DNA of 45,676 nt from Nemertoderma westbladi (lineage: Eukaryota; Animalia; Xenacoelomorpha): NCBI GenBank assembly GCA_032718475.1, contig JAUCBJ010001290.1, forward strand, positions 1 through 45,676, in the 5' to 3' direction. The notes under the pieces are model-generated. The model was not told where the DNA came from and did not search any database. It saw nothing but the letters and a program-made list of their open reading frames with translations. Below, piece after piece: positions 26,452-38,232 of the stretch; position 1 is the first letter of the stretch, and each line of letters begins with the position of its first letter. A program made the translations under genes and the position numbers.

Positions 26452-27377
26452 CCGGTGTCACAAGGAAATCAGCCCCCCCCTAGAATATGCCCCCCGGGGC
26501 ATTATTTCCTAGGATATTATGTCCCCCCGGGCAATTTTTCCTAGGAAATTTAGCCCGGGGGGGCATTTTCTCCTTAGGAAATAATGCCTCCCCTCAGGAA
26601 AATTAGCCCCCCTCAAAAGTCTGAAAACTGGTACGATACCGGTCTGCTGGTAGCCACTTTTAATCTACCAACTGCAGAACTTGTAATAGTTGGAAGAATA
26701 GTACGGTACCGGTCTGCCGGTAGGTAAGCAGGTAAGGCAGTAAGGGATGTAGAACAGCATACTGAAGTATCTAAGTCAGTAGGCTACTGTAGTAACTACT
26801 GGTATAACAGCAGTGCGAGTGTGTGGTGTTGTGTGGGCGCCGAGCAGCTCCAAGCTTTTTTAAGTCTGTAACCTGCTCCTTTCCCTGATTTGGTAAAGTG
26901 ATTGTTTATTGTTTTGGTTAGAAAATCCCGCCTCTGTAACCTGCTCCTTTCTCTCAATTGGTAATGTTATCGTTTATTGTTTTGGTTAGAAAATCCCGTC
27001 TCTGTAACCTGCTCCTTTCCCTGATTTGCTAAAGTGACTGTTTATTGTTTTGGTTAGAAAATCCCGCCTCTGTAACCTGCTCCTTTCCCTCAATTAGTTA
27101 AATGATCGTTTATTGTTTTGGTTAGAAAGGCCTGCCTCTGTAACCTGCTCCTTTCCTTCATTTGGTAAAGTGACTGTTTATTGTTTTGTATAATTTTTGT
27201 AAGTTTTAGTGTTACTGTAATAAGTTTTGTTTATTGTATAATTCAGGGGGGGGGGCATAATTTCCTAAGGGGGGGCATTTTTTCCTAGGGAAATTTGCCC
27301 GGGGGGGCATTTTTTCCTAGGAAAATATGCCCCCCCGGGCACATTTCCCGGGGGGGCATATTTTCCTGTTACACCAG
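26452..27377. mobile_element. 926-bp non-autonomous DNA transposon (MITE) with a TA TSD and modular subterminal repeats
   Basis: TA|CCGGTGTCACAAGGAAAT...ATTTTCCTGTTACACCAG|TA. Both ends are built from repeated gccccccggggc and tttcctaggaaa modules. Confidence 0.85.
26865..27187 (+). repeat. 68-bp tandem repeat, about 4.7 copies, inside the MITE
   Basis: tctgtaacctgctcctttccc...gtttattgttttggttagaaaatcccgcc units start near 26865, 26933, 27001, 27069 and 27137. Confidence 0.95.
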
Positions 27378-27830
27378 TACACCGGTACCGTACCTGGCCC
27401 ATTGCCAATATAATATATATAGTAGGCCATGTCTGGCCTACTAAATGTTATCTGTATGTCTTCAAAACCATCTTCAATAGATTAAGCATAATATCCTATA
27501 ACAGTCTATAACATTGTTTTATAGATACAGTCACGTTTCGGGTACCTACAAATGCAATACATCCTTGTTCTATTGGGTTTCGGTTATTGTTTTGGTTAGA
27601 ATAACGTGCTAGTGTAATCTGTTCCTTTCCTTAAATTGATAATTTAACATGATCCAAAATATTAATTCACCGAGATGTGATTTGCGTCTAGGCCTAAAGT
27701 TTTCCCCCTGTCTCTTATCTTTCACTTTTAGTAGGCCAAAGCCATGACGGTCTGACGGTATCTTTTCATAATGTCGATTACTAAACTTTTTAACTGATAC
27801 TTCGCGGTAATAAATAATGAAGCGGGGAAA

Positions 27831-28288
27831 ATGATTGGCCTCTCTTCTACTGTCCATTATTCAATGTGGACGACCTATTCTAGTAGACTTAGGCATATCG
27901 GTCGAAATTATGTACGGTCTAAAAAAGCAGTCAGGTCACCGTTGGACACATTATACATTATATCTCGGGCCACCTTCTCTCACTCAGCTACTAGCGGCGA
28001 CTATGGGACCGTAACGGACGACTTTCAGCGCAGTTTGGCCGCGGCTATCGGCGACAAACACGTGATTGATTCGCAAGCTATCCGTGAACAGCACAGTCAC
28101 GACGAATCGCACCATTCCGCGGTCCTGCCAGAGTTGGTGGCTCTCCCAGCCACCACGGAGGAGGTATCCGCGGTGCTGCGATTGTGTAACGAGTTCCGGG
28201 TACCGGTTGTGCCTTGGGGAACCGGTACCGGGTTGGAAGGGGGCTCCATACCGGTTCGGGGTGGAGTCGTTATGGATTTGGCGCAGAG
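27831..28288 (+). CDS. LDHD: D-lactate dehydrogenase (FAD-linked, mitochondrial), exon 1; ATG at 27831 or 27864
   Basis: Arg/Ser-rich presequence (MWTTYSSRLRHIGRNYVRSKK), then REQHSHDESHH, PELVALPATTEEVS and VPVVPWGTGTGLEGG. Splice donor AG|GTAGG at 28288/28289. Confidence 0.95.
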
Positions 28289-29951
28289 GTAGGCTGCTGG
28301 GCTGGTACAAATATGTTAAAGATAAAGATATAATAATAATTTCATACCAGTAGCCAGTAGGCCTAATAAAAATAATAAAGTATAAAATGGTAATTATTAG
28401 CGTAATTGTTTAATTTAAAATGTATAAATTAGTAAAATAAGTTAGTAATTATGAATTACAAAGCACTATGTGTAAATTAGAACTTTGCAGAGCAGCAGTG
28501 TGGAGTGGAGTGCTGATCTGAGTGGTTTGTTGCACGAACGAACATAGCGAGGAACTGTAAATTCTATGTACATTGCGTATTTGAGTCAGTGTACCACTCC
28601 TGTAACCTACTCCTTTCCCTGAATTGAGAATTTAACATTGAGGCGGAACTTGCGTCCAGTCCCTCCCTCCCTGTCTCGATTTATAATTGGCTACATAATA
28701 TATATCGACTCGCTATTAATACTAATGGCTATATAATAATTAACCCCACTACTAATTAAATATTGATAAATTTAGTCAATTAAGTTAATTTAGTCATTTG
28801 CAATATATTACAGTACGTTTAATTTCAATGTAACTTTTACTATACCGGTAACGTATTTGCATCAAAAAGTACTAAAATAAGATTTATTCCATCCTGAAAA
28901 GCAGCTCTTTTACCAATGAGGCACTGAAATCGGGCATAGCAACTCTACTGCGAATATCAGACTGCCCCAATTTTCCCCTTCATAAATTTATTCACACAAC
29001 GCTTCTGATGAATAGCCAATCTCCTGTACGCTACAGAGGCATTAGCAGTGCATATACAAGAGCAAATACCGAATGTAACCTTCTATCCCTATTATCACTT
29101 TTACTATTAAGTTATTATTTTAAGTTATTCTAAGAAGAGCATACTCTCACGAATCGTTCTTGGTGAAACTGATGGACCTAGAACATGCGGAGTTTATTAC
29201 TAGTTGTTATAAAACTAACTGCCTCAGTTTTCACCAAAAACACAACTTGATCCTAAGATACTTTAACATTGCAGAATAGATCATATTAGGGTGCATTTTA
29301 ATTTATATAAATTTTTACTATAGTGCTGTGCTGTGCACATTTTATTTAATTGGCTACTTTCTGTGTAGATAATCTGTGTAGAAGAAACACTTTCTGTGTC
29401 GATGTCTGTAATTTGTGTTTGCGCCATATTTTTAAACTTCTATTCTCCGCAAGTCCGAATTTAAATAAATAAATAAATAAATTTATTTATTAATTATTTA
29501 TTTATTATTTATTTATTTACTAAATAATGTGCCGCTCGCTATATATTTTAGCGAACCTACCGCGATGCACTTTTAATTCAATTTTACCACCAGCTCCACC
29601 TACCCAACAGATTCTAATAAACTTTAACGTTGATAGAATTTTAAGTAATATATTTTTTTATTAATATATAGTATAATATAATATACATTTATTGCACGGC
29701 ATTTTTACTGAGCAGTGCAGTATATTACAATATTATTTAATATTAAAGTCACACAGAATAGTTTAATTTCGGTTAATTGAAAATAATGACAAAAATCGAA
29801 AAGTGCATCTTCCCAATACTTTTTTTATGGAATAACATTACTTTATACTGAATAACTACTATAAAATATTTAAATCTAAGGGAAAACTGAATTACTCCCA
29901 GTTTGTTTGGATGACGTAAACATTAATCAGAAATATTTTGTTACCTATTAG

Positions 29952-31059
29952 AATGACGAACATAGTTTCTATAAACGAGAGCGATTTCGACGCGACGGTA
30001 GAACCCGGTGTCACTCGGGTTCGGTTGAACCAGGAGCTCCGGGCGACCGGGCTCTGGTTCCCTATAGACCCCGGGGCCGACGCGTCTGTGTGCGGGATGG
30101 CCGCGACCAGCGCGTCCGGGACCAACGCAGTGCGATACCAGACGATGCGACACAACGTGCTCAACCTGCAGGCGGTGCTGGCGGACGGGACCGTGATGGA
30201 GACCAACGGGAACTCCCGCAGTCGGAAGACCTCGGCCGGGTTCGATCTAACGGGGTTGTTCGTCGGCTCCGAGGGCTGTCTGGCCGCCATCACGCGGGCC
30301 ACCGTGCGGCTACACCCTGTGGCTGAATCCGCGGTGGCGGCAGTCTGTGGGTTCCCGACGGTGGCGGCGGCTGTGGACGCCGCCACAGTCGTCATGCAAT
30401 CCGCGATCCCCGTGGCCAAGATCGAGTTTATGGACTCGGAGATGGTGGACGCGGTTAACAACTACTCGGGGTTGGAACACGCCGTGGTTCCGACTCTTTT
30501 CTTCGAGTTCCACGGCTCGGAAACCGCGGTGGCTGAGGATTCCCGACGGACTCGGGAGGTTGTTTCCGAGTTCGAAGCGATCGCCTTCGATGTAGCGAGC
30601 GAACCGGATGCGCGCGCACGGCTGTGGAAGGCGCGGCACAACGCGTTGTACGCGTGTAAAGCCGCGCGCCCCGGTGTCCGCTACATAATGACGGACGTGT
30701 GCGTCCCGATCTCGCGACTCTCCGAGTGTCTGACCCGCACCAAGTCGGACATCCTGGAGAGCGGGATCCCCGGCCCGATCGTGGGCCACGTTGGCGACGG
30801 GAACTTCCACGTGGTGCTGCTAGTGGATCAGTCGGACGCGGATGAAATGGACAGGGCGCGAGGGGTTATAGAGCGGATGTGTCGACTGGCTATCGGTATG
30901 GAGGGAACCTGTACCGGGGAACACGGGATCGGCATCGGGAAGCAGAGGTTCCTGGAGGCCGAGGTCGGCATCGGATCACTTGAGACAATGAGATTGATTA
31001 AACGAACTCTCGATCCTAATAATATACTTAATCCCGGTAAAGTACTCGCTCTATCCTGA
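29952..31059 (+). CDS. LDHD: D-lactate dehydrogenase, exon 2
   Basis: Acceptor ctattAG at 29950-29951. The phase-2 junction AG+A gives Arg and joins MDLAQR to MTNIVSIN. Motifs DPGADASVCGMAATSASGTNAVRY, GSEG, TDVCVPISRL, GHVGDGNFH, GEHGIG and LDPNNILNPGK. Confidence 0.97.
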
Positions 31060-31189
31060 GTTTCATTAATTTTAGTTATTTAATGTTAATTATGTAATTA
31101 AATTTTTCTATTTATATATTTTATAAATCATGAGATCTAATTTTGGTGGCGGCAACATTTGTAGCCCAATATGTAACTGCTTCAAAAGT

Positions 31190-31467
31190 AAAAACAAAGT
31201 AAATTTTCTTCGGCCACTAGGCCAGGTATTACGCACTAAGTCTGACGACTTATTTCCAGTGCGGTCCCCCTCAGAACTTTACTCCCCAGAGGAAACTCCA
31301 GTACTCATTTAGCTACCACTAAGGATGCAAGGCAGAGATGCGCCCTGGCTGCGGTCCCTTTAAAGCATTCGTGCCGAAACGAAAACTGCCCTGGCCCATG
31401 TGAGGATCAAACCCACGACCTACGTGAGATGTGAATTCAATGCGACCACTACACCAAAGTGGAACCC
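31190..31467 (-). mobile_element. tRNA-derived SINE with a Nin/Deu-type central domain
   Basis: The - strand has A box TGGTGTAGTGG, B box GGTTTGATCC, then ctctgccttgcatccttagtggtagctaaatgagtac (Nin-like) and gaccgcactggaaataag. The 3' boundary is approximate. Confidence 0.75.
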
Positions 31468-32325
31468 AATATTAAGGTGGAAATTTTAATTTTGTTTTAA
31501 TAAATTTTGCTACTATTTATTACACAAACAATAATTAGCAATATGGTTGGTTGTTTGCGCCTATGTTTTACTATAGAGAGTATTGAAAAGAATGTAACCA
31601 AGAGATCATATGGCACGTGTAAACAGTAATGGATCACGTAGTCATTGTTCATACGACCGTAACAGATCACGCCGCTTTTAGTCCTCAAGATAAATCTCAT
31701 GTGATATCCGACCATTGTTACCTAATCTCGGAGAACCTTTTAATACTTATTTTGAAAGTTTAAATTTTAAATTTCCAGATGACGCAACTTATTTAGCCAC
31801 GCGGCTAGTAGTCGCTAAAACTGTGTCTACGTTTATAAAATAGATGCACCGATAGGGACAATGGATATTAAAATATAGGCTTGAATCCTGCATCAAAAAT
31901 ATTCATTAATGGCTTATTTACACCACCATATGTTAACGTTCATACTGTATAACCCTATATAAAGCTATTAACTGTCGTTGGGTAGGTACAGTACAAGTGA
32001 ACCTTAGCACAAGGTTTTAATACGAGTCAAGTGTGCATTGTAGCCAAAGTGTGAAACATCAAGGTTCATGAGGTAAATTCCCAAATAAAGAAACCCATTC
32101 CAGATAAGAGGAGAACAAATTAAAATGGGAACAATATATAGCGGCGGAAAGGATCTTTTATCGTACTTTGCACTGCCCTGTCTCTCCATTAATCCTCTGC
32201 TCTTTTCATGGGGCGACTAATAATTCTAGAATTAATTTCAGTGGAAACACAGATTTGACAGATAGTAAGTATACTTCTAGTTTTAGATACGAATTTCTTA
32301 TCTTCCAACTTTATCTCATATCGTT

Positions 32326-32760
32326 ATGATTATTATTAAACACCTCTGTGTATCTGCGATATTAATCGCTCATATCGCCGTTGATGTGTTATCAATTCGA
32401 ATGGAAGACCCAGAAGAGGCGGAGCCGTATTGGTTCGATTATATCAAATCTAACATCCTGCCAAGAGACCCTGCCAGTCCTATGTACAGCTACCCGGACC
32501 CCAAACTACTCATCGAAGAATACGTAGCCAAGAGTTTCCTCACATCCAGGTGTTGTCTCAAGTACAAATGTTTCGTTCAACTTTGCGGAATTTACCAGAA
32601 CAAATGTTCAAAAAATATGCGAAGGCGTTTTGCGAAGGATTTATTGGCGGCGAGGTCATTTTGCGAAGATGGTCGTGAGCTCGGATCGTGGGAAAACCGT
32701 AACTACTTATCTTGTTATACTAAAGAAGACGATAGATCCTGCGCTTACGATGGTAAATAA
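32326..32760 (+). CDS. Putative secreted Cys-rich protein or peptide precursor, 144 aa, unknown family
   Basis: Hydrophobic N-terminal signal peptide, acidic pro-like segment and 8 Cys in the C-terminal half. TATATAAA at 31956-31963; AATAAA at 32756 and 32818. Confidence 0.7.
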   Translation: MIIIKHLCVSAILIAHIAVDVLSIRMEDPEEAEPYWFDYIKSNILPRDPASPMYSYPDPKLLIEEYVAKSFLTSRCCLKYKCFVQLCGIYQNKCSKNMRRRFAKDLLAARSFCEDGRELGSWENRNYLSCYTKEDDRSCAYDGK

Positions 32761-32959
32761 AAACTATCAGTAGAAATTCACTGGAAGTACAGTATATTAC
32801 GATTAACCTCGCTAAATAATAAAACACTCCACAAAAACTGCAATATATATCTCTTAAATCGTTATCTTTTGATTATTATCAAATCAATAACGTCTGTTAT
32901 TTCGATAAATGGTGACCAGGGTAACTTAAGAGTATCCCGGCTGGGGGGGGGGGGGGGTG

Positions 32960-33850
32960 TACTGGCTTGTAAGTCAACATTTTGAAATACATACTACTGC
33001 ACCAAAAAATTAAGTAGAAAAAAATGTAAGATACATTTTGGGTGGACTATATTGAATTGTAATATTTAAAAAAAAATCATTTTTGACGCCCCTTAGTGGC
33101 CAAAAAACAGAATTGACTTAAAATGCTACTCCTTTGTTATGCTTTATTGTCAGAAGTTGTAACCTGTTTTTTTTTGGAATCAGCATCAGCATGGCCGAAT
33201 ACATGAAAAAAATAGAAGATAATTTTTGTTTCGTACCTTTCAAGAAAAATATCGCTATTTTTCAAAATAATTTTCACATTTTCAAAAAAAGCACTGTTTT
33301 TTTCGTAAAAAATGTTATAACAGATGAACATTTACAGTACAAAACTAAAAATGTCTGCTCGAATTTTATTATGGCGCACACTATAGTAGCTTCCATTTGA
33401 TAGCAAAAACTTATAAATTGGTTGAAAAATGGCGGAGGAGTTAGTGTTTTAAAAATGAAAAAAAAAACATTTATTAAATAGAACAATTGCAGCGAACAAT
33501 AAGTCTTGCAACCTTTGAACGTCTATTTCTCAGCTGTTTCTCAACGAAATTCAGATATTGTTACATATTTGGTATCCTTGCAACTCAAGCTTTCTAGTGA
33601 TATGAAAAAATTACGACTAATGTGAAGAATGGCAATGATACAGAGGGTGCGATTTCGCAAAAGACACTTTTTAAAACGCTTATAACAAAAATGTATTAAA
33701 GGCGAAATCGAAAATTCCGGCTTCATGTGGACGGTAACAACCACGGTGAGTTGAACTAATGGTGTTTCAAATTTCAAACAATATGATAAAGATTTGTAGA
33801 AATTTTTTCTTTTTTGGGGGGGGGGGGGGGGGGTCCGTGTAAATGACACT
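32960..33850. mobile_element. Probable internal portion of a non-autonomous DNA transposon, bracketed by poly-G tracts
   Basis: Phased A/T tracts and motifs (aaattggttgaaaaatggcggag, aacgtctatttctcagctgtttctcaacg, cgcttataac) typical of such elements. No terminal repeat or TSD could be resolved. Confidence 0.3.
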
Positions 33851-34741
33851 ATATCTATCCCATTCGATTTTCAGTTTATACGAATTATGTAATATTTATG
33901 CTCAATGCGGCCAATGAACTTCAGGGACGCTTAAAGTATAATATTTAAAAACATTAAATGTAAAGTATTGAAGTACAGTAGATTCAATGAGTTACTTGTG
34001 TCTATTACGAGGCATTCGCAGTGTGCTGATTCGAGTGGTTAGGGAGTGAGTGTGAAATATTAATACGAGGATAGAAACAACTGTTAAGTAGGCCAAATAT
34101 GTATCAATAATGGAAAAATATTGCTGATGAAAAACAACATGTTGGTTTCAATTCCTTGTCACCGAATATTTGACTTTTATTCGAAAAGTTACATCCACAT
34201 TACCGCAACTCACGGGCTGCCTGCCGTTACGAAACGAAACTATTTTCAATTTACAAATTTAGTTTCGTTTTCATAAATTTCATTTAGTTTCGTTTTCTTA
34301 AATTCATTTTTATTAGTTTTTTTTAAATCAAATCAAATTTTCGTTTCGTTTCGTAGATTTCAAATTGGCTTATCGGTTAGTTTGCTTTGTTAAATTTATA
34401 TATAAATTAGGCTCGGTGTCCTCGAAATACAGTATATCTGTAGTGATAACATTGACTTTATTATTAATTATTGTAATGCAGAAGAGTTTGATACTTGGAG
34501 TAGGCCATTTATTTATGTTATATTTATTATGAATGTTGTACAATGGTGGGTTGTCCTTACTTTCGCTTTTTTTGCTCTATCGCTAAAAAACATTCCATTA
34601 ATGTCTTCTGATAATGTTTCCCCTACCCTTCAAATTTTGAAATTTTTGCCATTTTTAATGACTTTAAAATTATAAATTTATTGTATTGAATGGGAGAAAC
34701 TTTTAGGCTCGTTAAGCCAACGCCCGTTCACCACCATGGGT

Positions 34742-36223
34742 CAATAAAACTTGGTAATTAACGTAAATCCGTGTTTTACACTCCATTCCGGATCCAATAA
34801 AACTTGGTGATTAACGTAAATCCGTGTTTTACACTCCATTCCGGATCCAACAAAACTTGGTAATTAATTAACGTAAATCCGTGTTTTACACTCCATTCCG
34901 GATCCAACAAAACTTGGTAATTAACGAAAATCCGTGTTTTACACTCCATTCCGGATCCAATATAACTTGGTAATTAACGTAAATCCGTATTTTACACTCC
35001 ATTCCGGATCCAATAAAACTTGGTAATTAACGTAAATCCGTGTTTTACACTCCATTCCGGATCCAATAAAACTTGGTAATTAACGTAAATCCGTGTTTTA
35101 CACTCCATTCCGGATCCAATAAAACTTGGTAATTAACGTAAATCCGTATTTTACACTCCATTCCGGATCCAATAAAACTTGGTAATTAACGTAAATCCGT
35201 GTTTTACACTCCATTCCGGATCCAATAAAACTTGGTAATTAACGTAAATCCGTGTTTTACACTCCATTCCGAATCCAATAAAACTTGGTAATTAATTAAC
35301 GTAAATCCGTGTTTTACACTCCATTCCGGATCCAACAAAACTTGGTAATTAACGAAAATCCGTGTTTTACACTCCATTCCGGATCCAATAAAACTTGGTA
35401 ATTAACGTAAATCCGTATTTTACACTCCATTCCGGATCCAATAAAACTTGGTAATTAACGTAAATCCGTGTTTTACACTCCATTCCGGATCCAATAAAAC
35501 TTGGTAATTAAAGTAAATCCGTGTTTTACACTCCATTCCGAATCCAATAAAACTTGGTAATTAATTAACGGAAATCCGTGTTTTACACTCCATTCCGGAT
35601 CCAACAAAACTTGGTAATTAACGAAAATCAGTGATTTACACTCCATTCCGGATCCAATAAAACTTGGTAATTAACGTAAATGCGTATTTTACACTCCATT
35701 CCGGATCCAATAAAACTTATAATTAACGTAAATCCGTGTTTTACACTCCATTCCGGATCCAATAAAACTTGGTAATTAAAGTAAATCCGTGTTTTACACT
35801 CCATTCCGAATCCAATAAAACTTGGTAATTAATTAACGGAAATCCGTGTTTTACACTCCATTCCGGATCCAACAAAACTTGGTAATTAACGAAAATCCGT
35901 GTTTTACACTCCATTCCGGATCCAATAAAACTTGGTAATTAACGTAAATCCGTATTTTACACTCCATTCCGGATCCAATAAAACTTGGTAATTAACGTAA
36001 ATCCGTGTTTTACACTCCATTCCGAATCCAATAAAACTTGGTAATTAATTAACGTAAATCCGTGTTTTACACTCCATTCCGGATCCAACAAAACTTGGTA
36101 CAGTAATTAACGAAAATCCGTGTTTTACACTCCATTCCGGATCCAATAAAACTTGGTAATTAACGTAAATCCGTGTTTTACACTCCATTCCGGATCCAAT
36201 AAAACTTGGTAATTAACGTAAAT
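34742..36223. repeat. 53-bp satellite, left segment (about 27 units)
   Basis: Unit caataaaacttggtaattaacgtaaatccgtgttttacactccattccggatc, with 57-bp (+aatt) and 58-bp (+cagta) variants. Confidence 0.98.
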
Positions 36224-38232
36224 GGCTCATTCCATGAAAAGGTCAACCTCCCCACTAATTTCTAAAAATGAGATGTAGCTTTGAATTTATACTTATTTTA
36301 GGTCAAAATTTATCGTACTTCATGAATTCAGTGCTAAAAATTGTATCAACACAGGTGGTTTATCAAAAATAGTCGAATTACAAATTATGCACCTGCTCTG
36401 CACAAAATGTGAATAAAAGTGTGCAAAAGTTTCGTTTCCTGTAGGCACTTCCTATGACCAATAAATTAACATTTCTGAGCATGTACCAAATCAAAAACAA
36501 ACCCATTTTCGAATTTTTTTGGTTTCATTTAATTTCACCAGTGTTTCATTCCTCTGTAATGAAATCGATAAAGTTAATCTTGTGATGTCCCATACTTTAC
36601 CTAAAATAGTGAAATTTTTAGTTTATTCACAGAGATGTAACTCGGCCTAATCACCCAGTGGAATGCAAAGCACGTTTGTGCTGCGTCATCGTATAAAACA
36701 ATTAGTTTCATCTTCACTCCCTCAGAAATATCATGGCGGCCAATTGAAAATTGTCCCATACTTTACCATCAAAATGGCGATTATATTAGTGCACTGTATT
36801 AATGTAATATGTGAAGCCAGGAGTGTTATAATACTCTAAGGTCATAGTCGGCCGTAAGAATAGGAGTCTATATTTGAACTGAGAATCATTCCTCAGTCAA
36901 GAAATCCTTGGGTTTATGCATGTAAAGTCCCATACTTTACCAAAAAATAGTGAAATTTTTAATTTATACACAGAGAAGTAGTCTAACTAAGCCCAATCAC
37001 CCAGTGGAATGCAAAGCACGTTTTTGTTGCGTCATCTTAAGAAACAATTACCTGTAGTTTCATAATCTACTCCCTCAGAAACATCATAACGGCCAATTGA
37101 AAATTGTCCCATACTTTACCATTATAATGGCGATTACATTAGTGCACTGTATTAATGTAATATATGAAACCTGGAGGGCAGGAGTGTTATAATGCTTTAG
37201 GGTGATGGTAGGGGGAAGCATAGAAGTATGTATTTGAACTAAGAATCATTCCTCAATTAACTAATCTTTGAGTTTATGCATGTAAAGTCCCGTACTTTAC
37301 AACAAATTTCAAAAAATTTGTTTTTTAGCAGATAAGAAGATCGGTAAGTACAGTAATTGATACATTTTCAGAAAAAATGGAAAGAAATTCTAAACTTTTT
37401 ACAGACTACATACCAAGTTTGGTTATATTTCATCAATGATTGGCGGACTTATTTCGGTTTTTATCAAAATTTTGAAACTATCGGTACCAACAGACAGACT
37501 GTCTGATATGTGACCTTTGATTCCTTAAACTTCAGATTCTTTCTAAACTTTTGACAGACTTCATACGTACCAGGTTTGGTTTAATTTCATCTAAAAATGA
37601 CCGAGATATACAGTATTAGCGATCAAAAATTAGACAGATGACATACAACTCCTAAGGGCACCCATATGCTAAGACTTCGGGTCAATTTGTGGGCCGCCCC
37701 ACATTTTGTATCCATATCTTGGTTGGAAATACTTAGTTGCACATTATTATCACTAATTATCCAGAAATTACTGTTAGTTTAAGTGTAAGAGACCATTTTG
37801 ACCATAAAATTCGTACAGGTCCCGTACTTTACTTAGCAATGTCCCATACTTTACCACACAAACCACACTGTAAAAAATTAGCAATGCAGCAATTCGTCTT
37901 ATATTTATATTTTTATTTAAGCTTAATAATACAGCTTTATCCTAAACATCAACTCAACACCGTACCTGCGCACAATTCGCTAAATTTTAGAATTGAAATC
38001 ATAAATTAAAAAATACCATTTCGTACGAATCCGTACTTTACCTTAATTGGACAAGCTGGCATTTTCTCAAAAGTGACTAAGTCCCGCCATAAGCTTCGCG
38101 AAATCAAAGCTGATATTCGAAAGTTTAATCCAAGCACAATTTTGTGCACATATGTGCTGTGGATAACATTGTACAGGCAATCAAAGTTCAAAATTGTGTA
38201 CGAATGTCCCGTACTTTACTTTGGAATGAGCC
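36224..38232. mobile_element. 2009-bp non-autonomous DNA transposon, Sola1-like, inserted in the satellite
   Basis: AAAT|GGCTCATTCCA...TGGAATGAGCC|AAAT gives an 11-bp terminal inverted repeat and 4-bp AWWT TSD. Removing it restores an intact satellite unit. No transposase ORF. Confidence 0.88.

Noticed and set aside
27984-30810. Antisense and alternate-frame ORFs over LDHD (and 6470-6844 over GAPDH)
   Set aside because: These are shadow ORFs of real coding sequence, favoured by high GC in LDHD.
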